A stretch of 64,000 bases of DNA, taken from Cenococcum geophilum (Eukaryota). Every line of letters starts with the position of its first letter. Position 1 is the stretch's first letter. This document shows positions 24,677 to 37,700 of the stretch, in pieces. The translations under genes and the position numbers were made by a program. Below the pieces are notes generated by a model. It was not told the origin of the DNA and ran no database searches. It saw only the letters and a program-made list of their open reading frames with translations. The stretch is from positions 4,960,001 to 5,024,000 of the forward strand of contig CP158636.1 in NCBI GenBank assembly GCA_050273025.1, written 5' to 3'.

Positions 24677-25736
24677 GCCCTTATGGGAACCCGTTAACTC
24701 TATAGGACTTATATAAGCCGTAAAAGACTTTTACAAACTCTACCTAGAACTGCTATAGCCCTATCTCGCAGAAGCTTAAGTTTAAAAGGGGGGTACTATT
24801 ATAGGATATCCCTATAACACCTTATACATATCTACCTATTTCTACTAACTTAGCAATTAGAGACTAACTATAAGACGGCAATCTAATAGCAATCTACGGC
24901 AATCTAATAGTAACCTACCGCATTCTACTATATTCTACTAAGTTTTATTAAGTTTTACTAAATCCTACTAAGTTCTGCTAGGACCACTACCTAAATCTTA
25001 TTCTACTCTATATATATATTAACTAAGCAACCAAGTCTATAATATATGCCCTTTCTTCCCGTTTTTCTATATTCTTTTCTTATATAACGTCTTAACCTCC
25101 TTATACAGTTTATATATATAGCTTAATAATATCTACCTTGCTATATATTATCGCCGCTTATACTTACTTTATAATATATAGGTATTACTAATTAGTAAAT
25201 ATAGATTCTTTTATATCTTAGATATTAATATCTAGTAATACTATTTGTAAGTTAATATCTAAAACGCAGTAAAAGTAATAGTATCCTATAAATAAAATAA
25301 AGCAGGGGCGTTAAGTAGGCCATTCTACTATAGGCTTAATAGGGGCATTTTAAGAGGATATTTTCACTACAGATGCCTCCGCTAAGAGGATAGTGCCTAA
25401 AATATACCTTTAAGCAAGCTCGCATGGCATAAACTGCTAATTTAGCAGCGAGATAATAAATATATACGCTTTAGATACTGCCCTTTATCTAACTCTTTTA
25501 CCTATTACTATAAAGCCTTTATTTATATAGAAGCTTAAAAGCGCTCTACTTTAGTATAACTAAGTAGGTATATAAATAACAAGTTAATTCCTCCTGCCGT
25601 TATAGTTATATTTATCCAACTCACATTATTAGCTGGTGCCTTTTCCCTACTAGAGGCTACGTATTATATCTTATCCTTAATAAACCTAAATAGTAACTTA
25701 TTTTGCCTAAGCCGACGCTCTATTTTATTATATTTC

Positions 25737-28700
25737 TGTAATAGAATTCCCTAGAAGGTACATATTAGATAAGACAGAAAGAGGTCTTATCTATATTCTA
25801 TCTACGTCCCAGAAGACATAGTTAGACAGATAAGGGGTAAAGGGTTTTACTAGCGTCTTAGAAGGATTATATAGGGAGCTAGTTCTCCTCTAGAGAAGGA
25901 CTAGCAATTAGTCTCTAAATAGAAGTAGTTAAAAGCATTTGTCCTTTAATACGTAAAACTTATTCTACCTTTAACTTACCTTTTACTTACCAGTAACACT
26001 ATTGATTAGATAATTATACGTTCCGGTTAAGCTAGCCTCTTATAATTCTAATCGCTTACAATCTATTAGGGACGTACGGCTATTAATTAACAATAATGGA
26101 CTATACTCCTTTACCCTATAAAGCAACGCCCTTACTATAGGAGGCTTAGAGAGTCTCCCTAGAGGAGCATATTCCCTTTACTTATAAAAGAGTGGACTAG
26201 AAAGCCACGGCTAGCCCATCTAACTTTACGGGACCGTTAGGAATAATTACCACTAGGGAGTTATTAGAGCGGTTACTATGCAAGACCCTATAAAAAACAA
26301 AGGAGTTAGAGATATAATTAAGATAAGTATATTAAGACTACTAAAAACAATTATAAGGACAATTAGGGGAAGTATAGACACCCTAGATACAAAGCGGACT
26401 TAAAGGGGTAACGCTATACTACGCTATAACATTAAAAAAACCTAAATTCCGTATAAAGAAACCTAATAAGTACTATAGTAATAGTCTCTGGAACTATAAT
26501 TATTTTATCTATTAATGCGAAACTAAGTTTTAGCTAGATTTAAAACGTTACTCTAATAAGTATAATTAAACACTAATTAATTTTACCTTCCTACGTAGCA
26601 CTATTAAGAGTTTATGGACACGCTATAAGAAGAAACTTACTATACCCTTTAAATTTAGCGAACTTAAGACCTGGTTGGTTAATTAGGTCTAAGACCCTAC
26701 TAATTAAGGGATAGATTATAACCAGCGATACTATAACGCTAAACAGCAAGAAGGCTAGAGTATAGTCCAGTTTATAAACTACTTAGAAAAGCTAGAAGAT
26801 AATATACCCTACTTAGACCTATAGGATAACGCTATATAACTTTACTAGCTACTTACTAAGCTATAACCTAAGATTTAATAGGCTATATAGGAGAAGGGCG
26901 AAATTCCTACTTCTTAAGAAAAGCTTATCTCTAAAGCTACTTAGATTAAGAATGCTAAGAGAGACTATTTAAGCAAGCGAAAGGAATAAGACGCTAATAA
27001 TAAAGAGCGTAGGACTAGACCTAGCTTTAATAATAGGGGTAGATTCCGACCTAACCGCTCTATAGAAGGATAACATAAGTAGGCCTTATAGCCCTAAAGC
27101 AATGCTAGTTAACCCTAAAATAATAATAGGCAAAGACCTAATCCGTAGGAAAGGAACCGGGAGACACGTACCTATTATAACTGCGGCAAGAAGGGCTATA
27201 TAAGCCGCTTCTGCTAGTAAAAGAAGAAGAGAGTAAACCACCGTATAGTTATTCCTATCTCTATTTAAGTTAATAATAAATAAATAACGTAAGACTGCCT
27301 TATAAACAGCGGCGTAAGTATAGGGTTTATTTCTTAATTACTAGTAAAAGAATTAGATTTAGACCTTAGCGGCTCATAGGTACGCACTATTTAAAGTATT
27401 AGAGGCCACCGGATTCCGTACTATAGGGAATAAATATTTCCCGTTGCTAGCTAGGACCGCGATAGTCTATAGAATACGTAGGAGATACACTTCTACGCCG
27501 CAGAAATTAAGGGGTATAACCTTATTTTAGGATACCTATAGCTTTACCAAGTTAACCTAGATATTAATTGGCCTTTAACCTTATATTAACACCAAAAGTC
27601 TTAATCGCGTATTATAGTTAAGAATTAAGAGACTTTCCTAAGCTATATATAAGAAGAAGGGTGGGTATATACTATATATACCACTCTTAACCCTAAGAAT
27701 AAAGATATAGGGTATTTATTTTTGGATATCCGGCTATACGTAGTTAAGGAACTAGAGATTCCGCAGGAATATACAAACCTAGAAAAGGTTTTTAATAAAA
27801 AGGCTGTATAAATCTTACCTAACCCTATATTAGTTAAGTATAAGATAGATATAGGGGATAAGCAACCTCCTTTTAGACTATTATACAACTTATTAGAAAA
27901 TAAGCTAGCTATATTACGTTAGTATATAGTAGACAATCTTTAGAAAGGATAGATTTAGCCCTCTATAAGCCCAGTAGGGGCACTAATTATATTTATACTA
28001 AAGAAGGACAGAACCTTTTACCTTTATATTAACTATTAGGCGCTTAATAGAATTACTATAAAGAATTACTACCCGCTACCCTTAATAGGGGAGCTTATTA
28101 ATAGGCTGTTGGGCGTAAAGATATTTATAAAACTAGATCTAAAAGATATATACTATTAAATCCGGATTAAAGCCGGCGATAAGTAGAAAACGGCGTTCCG
28201 AATATAGTACGGCTACTTTAAGTACTTAGTAATGCTATTTGGGCTCACTAACGCACTAGCGATATTTTAGGCCTATATTAATAAGGCATTATTAGGCCTA
28301 TTAGATACGATATATATAGTCTACCTTAATAATATTATAGTCTACTTTAATAACTATAAAGCATATACATACCACGTGCAAATAGTACTAAAAAGACTGC
28401 GGGAATACGAGCTCTATATAAACCTAAAAAAATACTCTTTCTATATTACTAGCATTAATTTTCTAGGCTTTATTGTTAGCGTTAATGGAGTGTTAATAGA
28501 GAAAAGCCGGGTAGACGCTATTAGGGAATAGCTATACCCTATAATGTTTAGAGAAGTATAGGTTTTCTTAGGCACAGCGAACTTCTACTAAAGGTTTATT
28601 ATTTACTATTTATAAGTAATACTCCTAATTACCAATCTACTAAAAGGATCTAAGAATGGCAAGAAGTTAGAACCCTTTATATTTAGGGAAGCTGCTAAGT

Positions 28701-31700
28701 AGGCAATAGACTAGTTAAAGGATTTATTTATATCGGCGCCTATCCTAATATACTTCTACTAGAAGCTATATATATATCTTAAAACAGATATATCTGGCTT
28801 TACCCTAAGGGTAATTATATCTTAATTAAAAGACGGAAAATAGCATCCTATAGCGTTTTAGTTAAGAAAAATAACCTTTATAGAGTAGCGTTATATAACA
28901 TATAACTAGGAGCTGCTCGCAATAATCGCAGTAATAAAGCACTAGCGATATTATTATATAGAAAGTAATTATTCTATTAAAGTCCTTATAGACTATAATA
29001 ACCTAAAATACTTTATAACTATAAAGGTATTAAGCGGTTAATAAGTAAGATAGGTAAAGGCACTATTATAGTATAACTTTAAAATTACGTACCGCTTAAG
29101 AAAGATAAATCCTGCTAATAGGTTATTAAGACGTCCGGATTATAAGATAGGGAGAATCCAGGATAGTATAGGGGAAATAATCCCTATATTGCAAAATTTG
29201 CTTAGGAAGAAAGAAGACTCTTTCCCTAAAACTATAGAATTTTATAGTAAGGCAAAGGTCCTAATAATACAGCTGCAAAGCGATATAATTATAGAGCCGC
29301 AGGATATAGTTATAGACTAGGTTATAAACTAAGCAGACGTTATAAAGTTAGCGTACTCTAAAATTAGTAAGAATTCTATAGGATATGCTAAAGGTGTCGC
29401 GGCACCTTTAACTTAACAGCACATTAGCTGCGAGTTTTTAAATCTAAGGGGGATAGGCGAGATGCCTATCTATAGCGTGGTATACTATATAACGGTAAGA
29501 GAATCTACTAGCACTAATGGTTTAAAATGTCTTATACTACGCCTTAAGTCTATAATAGCGGTAGGCGAAATAGAAATAAGTAATTTATATAAAACCTTTC
29601 CGGATCTTCTTCTTTAAGCTTAATAAAGGAACGCCTTCGCCTCTAGGGAGAGGTAGAAAGATATAGTGGAGACTAACTTAGCTAAAGTTACTAAGAAGCT
29701 GTGGTAGCAAGACTAAAAGGGTCTATTACGCTTTAAGGGTGTTATATATGTCCTAAAGGACCAAGTAATTTAAAATAAAATTCTAAAGGTCTTTTATAAC
29801 GACCCTTTTAGGGGTTACTACGGTGCTAATAGAACCCTTAAGGCCGTTTAAAGGAAATACTTTTAGGATAAAATGTCTAAAGAGGTTAAGGACTATATAT
29901 TAAGGTATAATACGTGCTAAAGGATATAGATATCTAGGCATTATCTATACGGCGAGTTATTAGTGCTTCCTATTCCGTAGGGACCTATATTAAAATTAAC
30001 AATAAATTTTATTATAGGCTTACCCCCTACTAAGATAAAAACTAGAGAGGTTGCTAACGCTATTTTAGTAATCGTTAATAGGTATACAAAGTTTTTAGGA
30101 TACTTTGCTATTATAATAATAATTATAATAGCAGAACTGGTAGACCTATTTTTAGCATAGTAGCTCTTATTTAGTACGCTAAGGGGAATTATGTCTAATA
30201 GAGGTACCGTATTTAATAGTGCATTTTAGTCTTTATTCTGTCTCTTATTAAAAATATAGTAAAGAATAAGCACTACCTTTTACCTATAAATAGACGGGCT
30301 AACAGAGCGTCTAAATGCGTTATTAGAACACTACCTTCGCTACTATATTAATTATTAATAGGATAATTAGATATTGTGGTTAGCTCTAGCGCAATATATA
30401 TATAATATAAGCATCTATAGTAGTATAAAAATGACCCCTTATAAAGTATTGTTTAGGGTAAAAGCAAATAACCCCTAAAACGTTAAGGATATTATTCCTA
30501 AAAGAGAGGCACTAGTAGCGTCTAAGAGAATTAAGTAAATAAGAATTCGCAAAGAAGAACTTAAAAAGCACTTATTAGACGCCTAGGCCGTATAAAAAAG
30601 GTACTATAATAAAAAATATATACTAAAAGAATTTAAGATAGGAGACGAAGTCTTACTATTTATAAAAAATATCTAAATAAAACGTATTAAGAAGAAGCTG
30701 GATTACTAGTAGCTCGGACCCTTTAAAATAGTTAGGAAAACTAAAGGAAATTAAGCCTATAAATTAGAATTGCCGAAATTATACCTAATATATCCTATAT
30801 TTTATATTTCCTTACTAAAGCTATACTGGAAAAGAGATAGTGCGGAACTACTACTACCTAGTAAAATTAATAGGGAACTAGAATAGAATATAAAAGACAT
30901 TCTAGATTAAAGATGGCGCTAAAAAAAGCGCGAATTTTTAGTTTACTAAGAAGGATACTCTTAGGTGTATAATAGTTGGGAATTTAAGAAGCACCTTTAA
31001 CCGGGATATAATATGGTAATTAAAACCTTCCTAAGGACTAAAGGTAAAGATTTAGTAACGGTTCCGGATATGCTATAGATAAGATAATAGGAAAGACCCT
31101 ATAAATTAAAACTATAAGGTTAAGCATAGGTATTAAGAACGGAAACGTTTTACTATTATAATAGGGATCCTAGAACCCTATAAGGGGAAGCCTATAAGAC
31201 CTATAGGAGAACCACTAGGGATACTGTCTAAAGAAGACGCTGTTTAAGAATAAGTAGTAGCAATATAAGAAGAGGCCTTAGGGATCTAAAAGGACCCCTA
31301 AGGATAAAAGAAGAGTATTTGGTCTAGCACCGGAGATACGCAGTAGAGTTAATAATATAAAGAGGAGCAAAAGGACAGCCTATAAAGAATTAAATTTTTT
31401 AAAAAATTAAAAAGCACCTATAGAAATACTACCCGTTTATTATATATAGGGATTATAGTAATATACTGCCTTTATAAGAATTATTACCGAAGCTTAGAAT
31501 AAAGGCATCCCTAAAGTATAAAGTTAATTCCTAATAATAGGGCATCTTAGAGGTATCTAAGAAGCACTATATAAAGCTATTTTATAAGAAGAAGAAAAGA
31601 GCTAGGTAATAACTTAAATACTAATAGTAGTAACAGGAGCCTCCTTTTCCATCTTAATATTATTATTAACGGTATTATCGGCTCCTTTATCCCTAGAATT

Positions 31701-33357
31701 ATTAGTACTTCTACTAATATTCTTCTTAGAACGACGGGTACTAGAAGGACTAGTATAGGTAGGAGACTGGCGAGGAGAACGTTTATTTTAACGTTTATTA
31801 CTATTTTTAGTATCCCTAGGTTCTAAATTGGCGTCTAAATAGGGATTAGAGAGACGTTAGCTAAAGAAGTTAGTATAGTTCCTAAGTAAGTTACTAGAGA
31901 AACTTACCTAGCTAAAATAGCCCGCGTAAGAGTATAAATATTATTATTAATAAGGACGAGCTGTTTGTATATACGCTCCTAAACACTATATATCTAAAAT
32001 TATTACGTCTTTACAGTAGTAGAAACCCTTATTAAATTAAAGAGTCTATAATCGAGGGAAGATACCTTCTATCCCCGCCTATTACTATTAGGATATTAGC
32101 GGAAATCTTAGATAGCGTGTTAGAGCTTATAAGTCTTATATATATAGATAGTAGGGATCTAGTATAATTAGCGAAATTTAAAATAAGACGGAATGGGTAA
32201 TACTAGGACGTAGGTCTTTCTCCTACTGCGGTAATAGGAGTATTTGGATTTGTTTTTACCGAAGTAAGGCATCTTATAGACATGGGAAGGATCCTGCGTA
32301 AGAGTATAAACGTAGCGACGATAGTATTTTAGGGAAACTGCTATAGGAGCAACAGACGCTGTCTGGGGCGTTACTAGGAGAGAAATAATACTGCCGCTAG
32401 TTTAGGGACGCGTAGAAGGACTATAAGCCATTATAAGAGAATACTTTAAGAAGTTAGTATTGTTATAAGAGATAAGGTGGAGATTTTATTGCTTATAAAC
32501 GTGTTATAAAAAGAGAATAAAGTAGCTATAAAAGAATAGCTAGAGATATAGAAGCTAAAAGTGGAGATATAGAGGAAGCAGTCTGCTAAAAGACGAGATA
32601 AATAGTGTTATTAATAAAAAAAACGCGTAAGAGGCGACAGCTTATAAACTGGAAGAAAATTAAAATAAGGACGTTATTATTAGAACCTATTTTAGGTAAA
32701 TAGGGATAGTAGCTTATAGACGCGTTATATAGGATAACCTCTAGATTAACTTATAACAAACTCTTATAATAAGAAAGGTAAATCCTATCTAATTTTTATT
32801 ATTATTATTTTAGTTCCATTATAAAGGCATTATAAGAAACTATAGTGGGAGAAGAGTAGAGGAACTAAGGATAAAGTAAGGTTCTACGCTAGTAAAGAAC
32901 TAGCTATAAGCCGCATTATAGAGTACCTTTCTACTAAGAATTTTCCCTAGTGGTTTTAGCCGGAACTCTATAAAAGCTTAGTAGAGGCGAAGTCTTAGAG
33001 GACTAAAACCCTTAAAGAGGAGGTAATTGTAATGGAATTCCCTAGAAGGTATATATTAGATAAGACAGAAGGAGGTCTTATTTATATTCTATTTACGTCC
33101 CAGAAGACACAGTTAGACAGATAAGGGGTAAAGGGTTTTACTAGCGTCTTAGAAAAATTATATAGGGAGCTGGTTCTCCTCTAGAGAAGGACTAGCAATT
33201 AGTCTCTAAATAGAAGTGGTTAGAAGCATTTGTTCTTTAATATATAAAACTCATTCTACCTTTAACTTACCTTTTACTTACCTTTAACTTACCTTCTACT
33301 TACCGGTAACACTATTAATTAGATAATTATACGTTCTAATTAGGCTGGCCTCTTACA
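25737..33357 (+). mobile_element. Gypsy chromovirus (family C), copy 1, full length
   Basis: LTRs 25737-26044 and 33028-33357 (differ by two 11-bp units); TSD ATTTC; knuckle about 27175, LVDSG about 27300, YLDD about 28322, chromodomain about 30880-31000. Confidence 0.97.
31400..32431 (-). pseudogene. Antisense spliced accessory gene of Gypsy C (six-Cys motif)
   Basis: ATG 32431 in frame with de-RIP C-x2-C-x11-C-x11-C-x2-C-x6-C; putative introns 32159-32203 and 31861-31907 (GTAAGT..CTAAC..TAG); 3' end uncertain. Confidence 0.6.
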
Positions 33358-34761
33358 ATTTCTCTTATATAAGCTAAAAGTATATCTATAGATTTTAATT
33401 GCTGTCTTTAAGAAGCGCGATAACTTAAGGAGCTTAGGTAAAGGCTTTCTTATTAGTTAGGAGGTGTTAAAGGCGCGCCTATAAAGCTTAAAGGCGGTAT
33501 AATATATAACTTCTGCTAAATCTTAAAGCTAGATTCCATTGGACATTTAAGGGATCTTATACTTCTCTCCTAGTACTATCGCGTGTTCCCATTAATCTAA
33601 CCACTAGTTTAATTTTAACAAGTATTTAAACCCCTTAAGGGCTTCTATATACTAGTGTTATACCTTCTTCCTAATAAACGACAAGGTAGGTTCTGTGTTC
33701 TCCTTTAATCGGGATAGCCATTCTTTAACTATTAAGGAAGGGTTAAGTAGTAGCTTCTTTTAAATTAATACTATAGTCGTAATCTAGGTGCGTATCTGTT
33801 ATAGATACTCTTCCTATTTTAGGAAGTACTTTATATCCTAGTCGTAGTGTTATCTACTATTCTTATACGCCCTCTGTTGATTCGTCGAGAGCTATATATA
33901 TAAGGTTACATTCTCATTAAAATCTATAACTTCTAGATAGGCTAGTTCTTATAGTAAACCTCGTTAAGGTGCTTCCTTATCTAGGTCAACATAGGCCCAA
34001 ATTCGCTAATCCACAAGGGCTCGGAGTTGCCATAGCCATTATTCCCAGTCTTCTAGCTTATTAAGGATGATTATATTCAATAAGGTAGTTAGTAAAGTTA
34101 TTTAACTAATAGGCAAAGGAGGAATTAAGATGGTATTTTATCGTTAAGATCGTCCTTATCATCAGGGTCATCCTTATTGTCAGGATCGTCCTTATCATCA
34201 GGATCATCCTTTAACGATTAAGGTGGAATCTCGTAGAATCTCGTAGAATCTCATAGAATCTCGTCCTGTAACAATTAAGGTAGGATTTCAATCAGGGTCG
34301 TCTTGTGACGATAAGGTGTCAGAGTCTGACGATAAGGTAAAATTTCTTTAAATAATTAAGTAATAGCTAAATAGCTTCTTATGTTAGCGGACCGGGCTTA
34401 TAACTGTTAGATAACTCATATAGAGCTATTTATTAATAAAATGGGTTAATTAATTAATAATCTTAATCGTGTCTTGTTCGTTGCTTAACCTAGGGCCCCT
34501 AGGCTTAGACGAAGATATTTACAATATACGTAACCCGTGCACGTCCTACGCCACCGAGAATACAGATTATCTGACAGTAAGCTTTTGCAGTATGGGAATT
34601 AAGCGAGCGACTTAATTATAAATATAGCTCTAAAGCGTCTATATATACACGAGGAAGGTATAAGGAATAAGATAAAAGGGGAGACTAATATGTAGTCGAA
34701 ACAGGGTAATATAAGATATACGAGGTATACGAGGGTAGTGCTGACGCTAGTGAACAGGGTA

Positions 34762-37700
34762 CAGTAAAACCTCCTTAGTACGATATAGGGTATATAACGA
34801 TATCATCTATATTACAATATACACCCCTTAATTAAGCCTTTTTTGGTGTAATATTACAATAATCTAACTTTTAATGATATCGTTAGCACCTACTACCAAT
34901 ATCGGTATAAGCAGATTTTAATTCATTGGATTTAGCCTTTGCTTACTATAAGTTTAGCTATTAAATCTATTATATAACAATTAAAATCTATTAAAATTAC
35001 CCTTAGATCTTACTCTCTATACCTAATTCTATCTTATTTATTATAGTAAAATATTAAAATCCTATAAGGTAACGCCGTTACGGCTTTACTAATTATAAGT
35101 ACTAGAAAATACGTACCCACTATTAAAAATACCCTAGTCTACTATAATTGGAGGTTGCTTACTAGGTAAGCAACTTTCTCTATTATAATATTAATTAATC
35201 CTTAATATTAGAAATTGTATAATTACAGCACCTGTTGTACTAAACGCGTGCTTACGCGTTCGGTACACCAGGTACGCGTTTACGCGTTCAGTGTACCAAC
35301 CACTTGCTTACGCGTCTGGTGCACTTATGAAGCACTAACTAATTAGGGGGGAGGTGCATCAGTATATAGACCACGTAGTCTGCTTTATATAATCGACAGT
35401 CACTATCTAAACAAGCATACGATACTATATATATTTCGTGCCCGTGGATACAACTTACTTATGCTATTAAGTTAGTACAAACACTAATTAGTAAGCGCGC
35501 ACAGATTAGCAATCACTTAACACCTCCCCCTAAGCGATATACACGACAGCAACCACCCGTTTAAACTCCTAGTACGACCTACTAAAAGGTTGGAAGTCGG
35601 GGATTATGGACTTATCTCCAACTCTATATACTTATTTAAGTCTTAGTACGGTTTACTAAAAGTTATAGATGCAAATACAGACCTATACGGAACCCCTATC
35701 CTTAACCCCCTTAAACCTTAAACCTCTTTAGACCTTTTACGGAAACCCCTTACCCTCCTATAAACTATTATAGACCCGTTAATTGATTTTACGGACCGTT
35801 ATAAGACCTCCCCTACCTATTATAAGCTGCTACCACCCGCTACGTACTATACTACACTATAGTATAGCAGATATTAGCAAGCAAGTTAGCGAAGGTTAAA
35901 AGAAGTGGAGATAAGGCGTTAACGTTACGTCTATAAACGACGTTAACGACTATATTAGCTTTAAAATCCTTAAATATAAACACTTTAAGCTTATAAATAA
36001 CGACCTATAGGAGTAATATAAGGAAGACTTTGCGGACTTTATAAAAGCTATTTTTAAGGCTTACAACCCTACTGCCATTCGTAACCTATAAACCCTTTTA
36101 TATCACTAAGGCGTATGGGTTAAAAGGGACAAACGAGTTACTGTTATATAGTCTCTATACGATATACTATATAAAGAGGACCAAACAGAATAAACTAAAG
36201 AGTAGATCTTAGATCACATTAAAACCAGCAACCTCTTTACCTCCTTTAAACTTAATAGAATCTCTAGCCTTATAGCTAATCTATTTAACTAAATTCGTTC
36301 TACAAACCTAAGTAGTATTAGAATTAATCTTACTGGCTAAAGTATACCCAATACTTAAGTTACGGACTATAATACCCCCGTAACCCAAATTATAGACTAT
36401 AATACCCCTATAAACCAAAATACGGACTAAATTACCCCCGTTGTTTAAGTTATAGATCTATAAGCCATATATCCGCAAGCTATAAATTCGTAAGTTATAG
36501 ATCCGCAACCCACCTAAGTAAAGACCTACGGTAAGGAGCTAGCTAACCTGGCTAAGCTCTATACCAACAAATCTAAGTATAGCGGTAAAAACGATAACTT
36601 TGACTTTAAACTTACTATCTTTACAGACCTCTATCGGAAGGCTAATATTCCTAAACAGGAATTTAGCCAAGCCTACTCCACTATGCTGCGCGGCCTAGCA
36701 CTTAACCACTACTACACTAACCTTAAGAGCAACCCCCTTAGTGTTCCCTTTAATAAGCTATATAAAGCTATGCGTAACTACTTTAAAGGACCAGAATATA
36801 AGCGTGATATTCTTACCTAATAGAATACAACTAAGCTACGGACCGTAATTGACAAGAACACTAAAAAATCAACTATAGAGTGCCTGTAAATTCTTATTAA
36901 AGACCTTTGGCACCTATAGCACGGCCTTAATACTAAGCTTCGAATAGACGACTTCCTGTATAATAAACTTATTACAGCCTACTAGGAAGTAGAGCCCTAT
37001 AAGTACGCCTACTATAAGCCTGCAGATACCTTAGCTGGCCTTATTAATAACCTACGCTCCTCTATTATAATGTATAAAGTCTTAAACCCACTAGGCAGCA
37101 CTTAAGCCTTTATTGCGGATATTTAATATCCGTAAATAGACTTAGACGTCTACTTTACGGACCGCCGCTACCGCCAGTAGCACCTATACCAACCAAGTCC
37201 TACCCGTAACCCCTATAGCAACCCCCATACAAAAATATACCCCCACAGACAAATTAGCCAGAAGTGCTTCGTGTGCGGTAAGGAAGGATATTAGTCTATA
37301 AGGCATACCTAGGAAGAATATAATAAGTCTAGGAAGAGACTTAATAGCCGTATTAACTAGTTCATTTTAGAATATAAAGGAGAGGAAGTAGAAGAGCCCC
37401 CTAATAAGTTAATAGAAGCCCTTATAATTAACTTTAACTTAAACACTTAGAAATAAGAGACCTTAGAGATATTCCTAATTACTTTTAGACCTTTTATAAA
37501 CAGCTAAGCCTTTAATATTACGACTATATTAGCCGACCGTTCCTTTATACACTTAGTTACGCCCAAAAACCATTCTATAAGTACCCCTATTATAAATATT
37601 ATAGATTATAAGCAGGACCTATTTACATATATCACCATAGAACGCTATACCCCTAAGAAATTCTACGGTGTTATAATCAATATAGGTGCCTCTAAGAAGT

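Larger units (their letters stand above)
14811..25176 (+). mobile_element. Gypsy chromovirus (family B), 5'-truncated: RT-RNaseH-IN-chromodomain-3' LTR
   Basis: YIDDILI about 21360, DGQTER about 22965, chromodomain about 24340-24700, PPT, LTR 24797-25176 matching 43702-44059; three nested inserts. Confidence 0.9.
25177..34576 (-). mobile_element. Ty1/Copia relic: 5' LTR, primer-binding site and gag, split by Gypsy C and cut at the Gypsy B LTR
   Basis: 172-bp LTR 34405-34576 with 10-bp terminal IR; copia-type site GTTATAAGCCC; gag N-terminus IILNKLEDWExW...IWAYVD at about 34080; short UTR tandem repeats 34130-34265. Confidence 0.75.
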
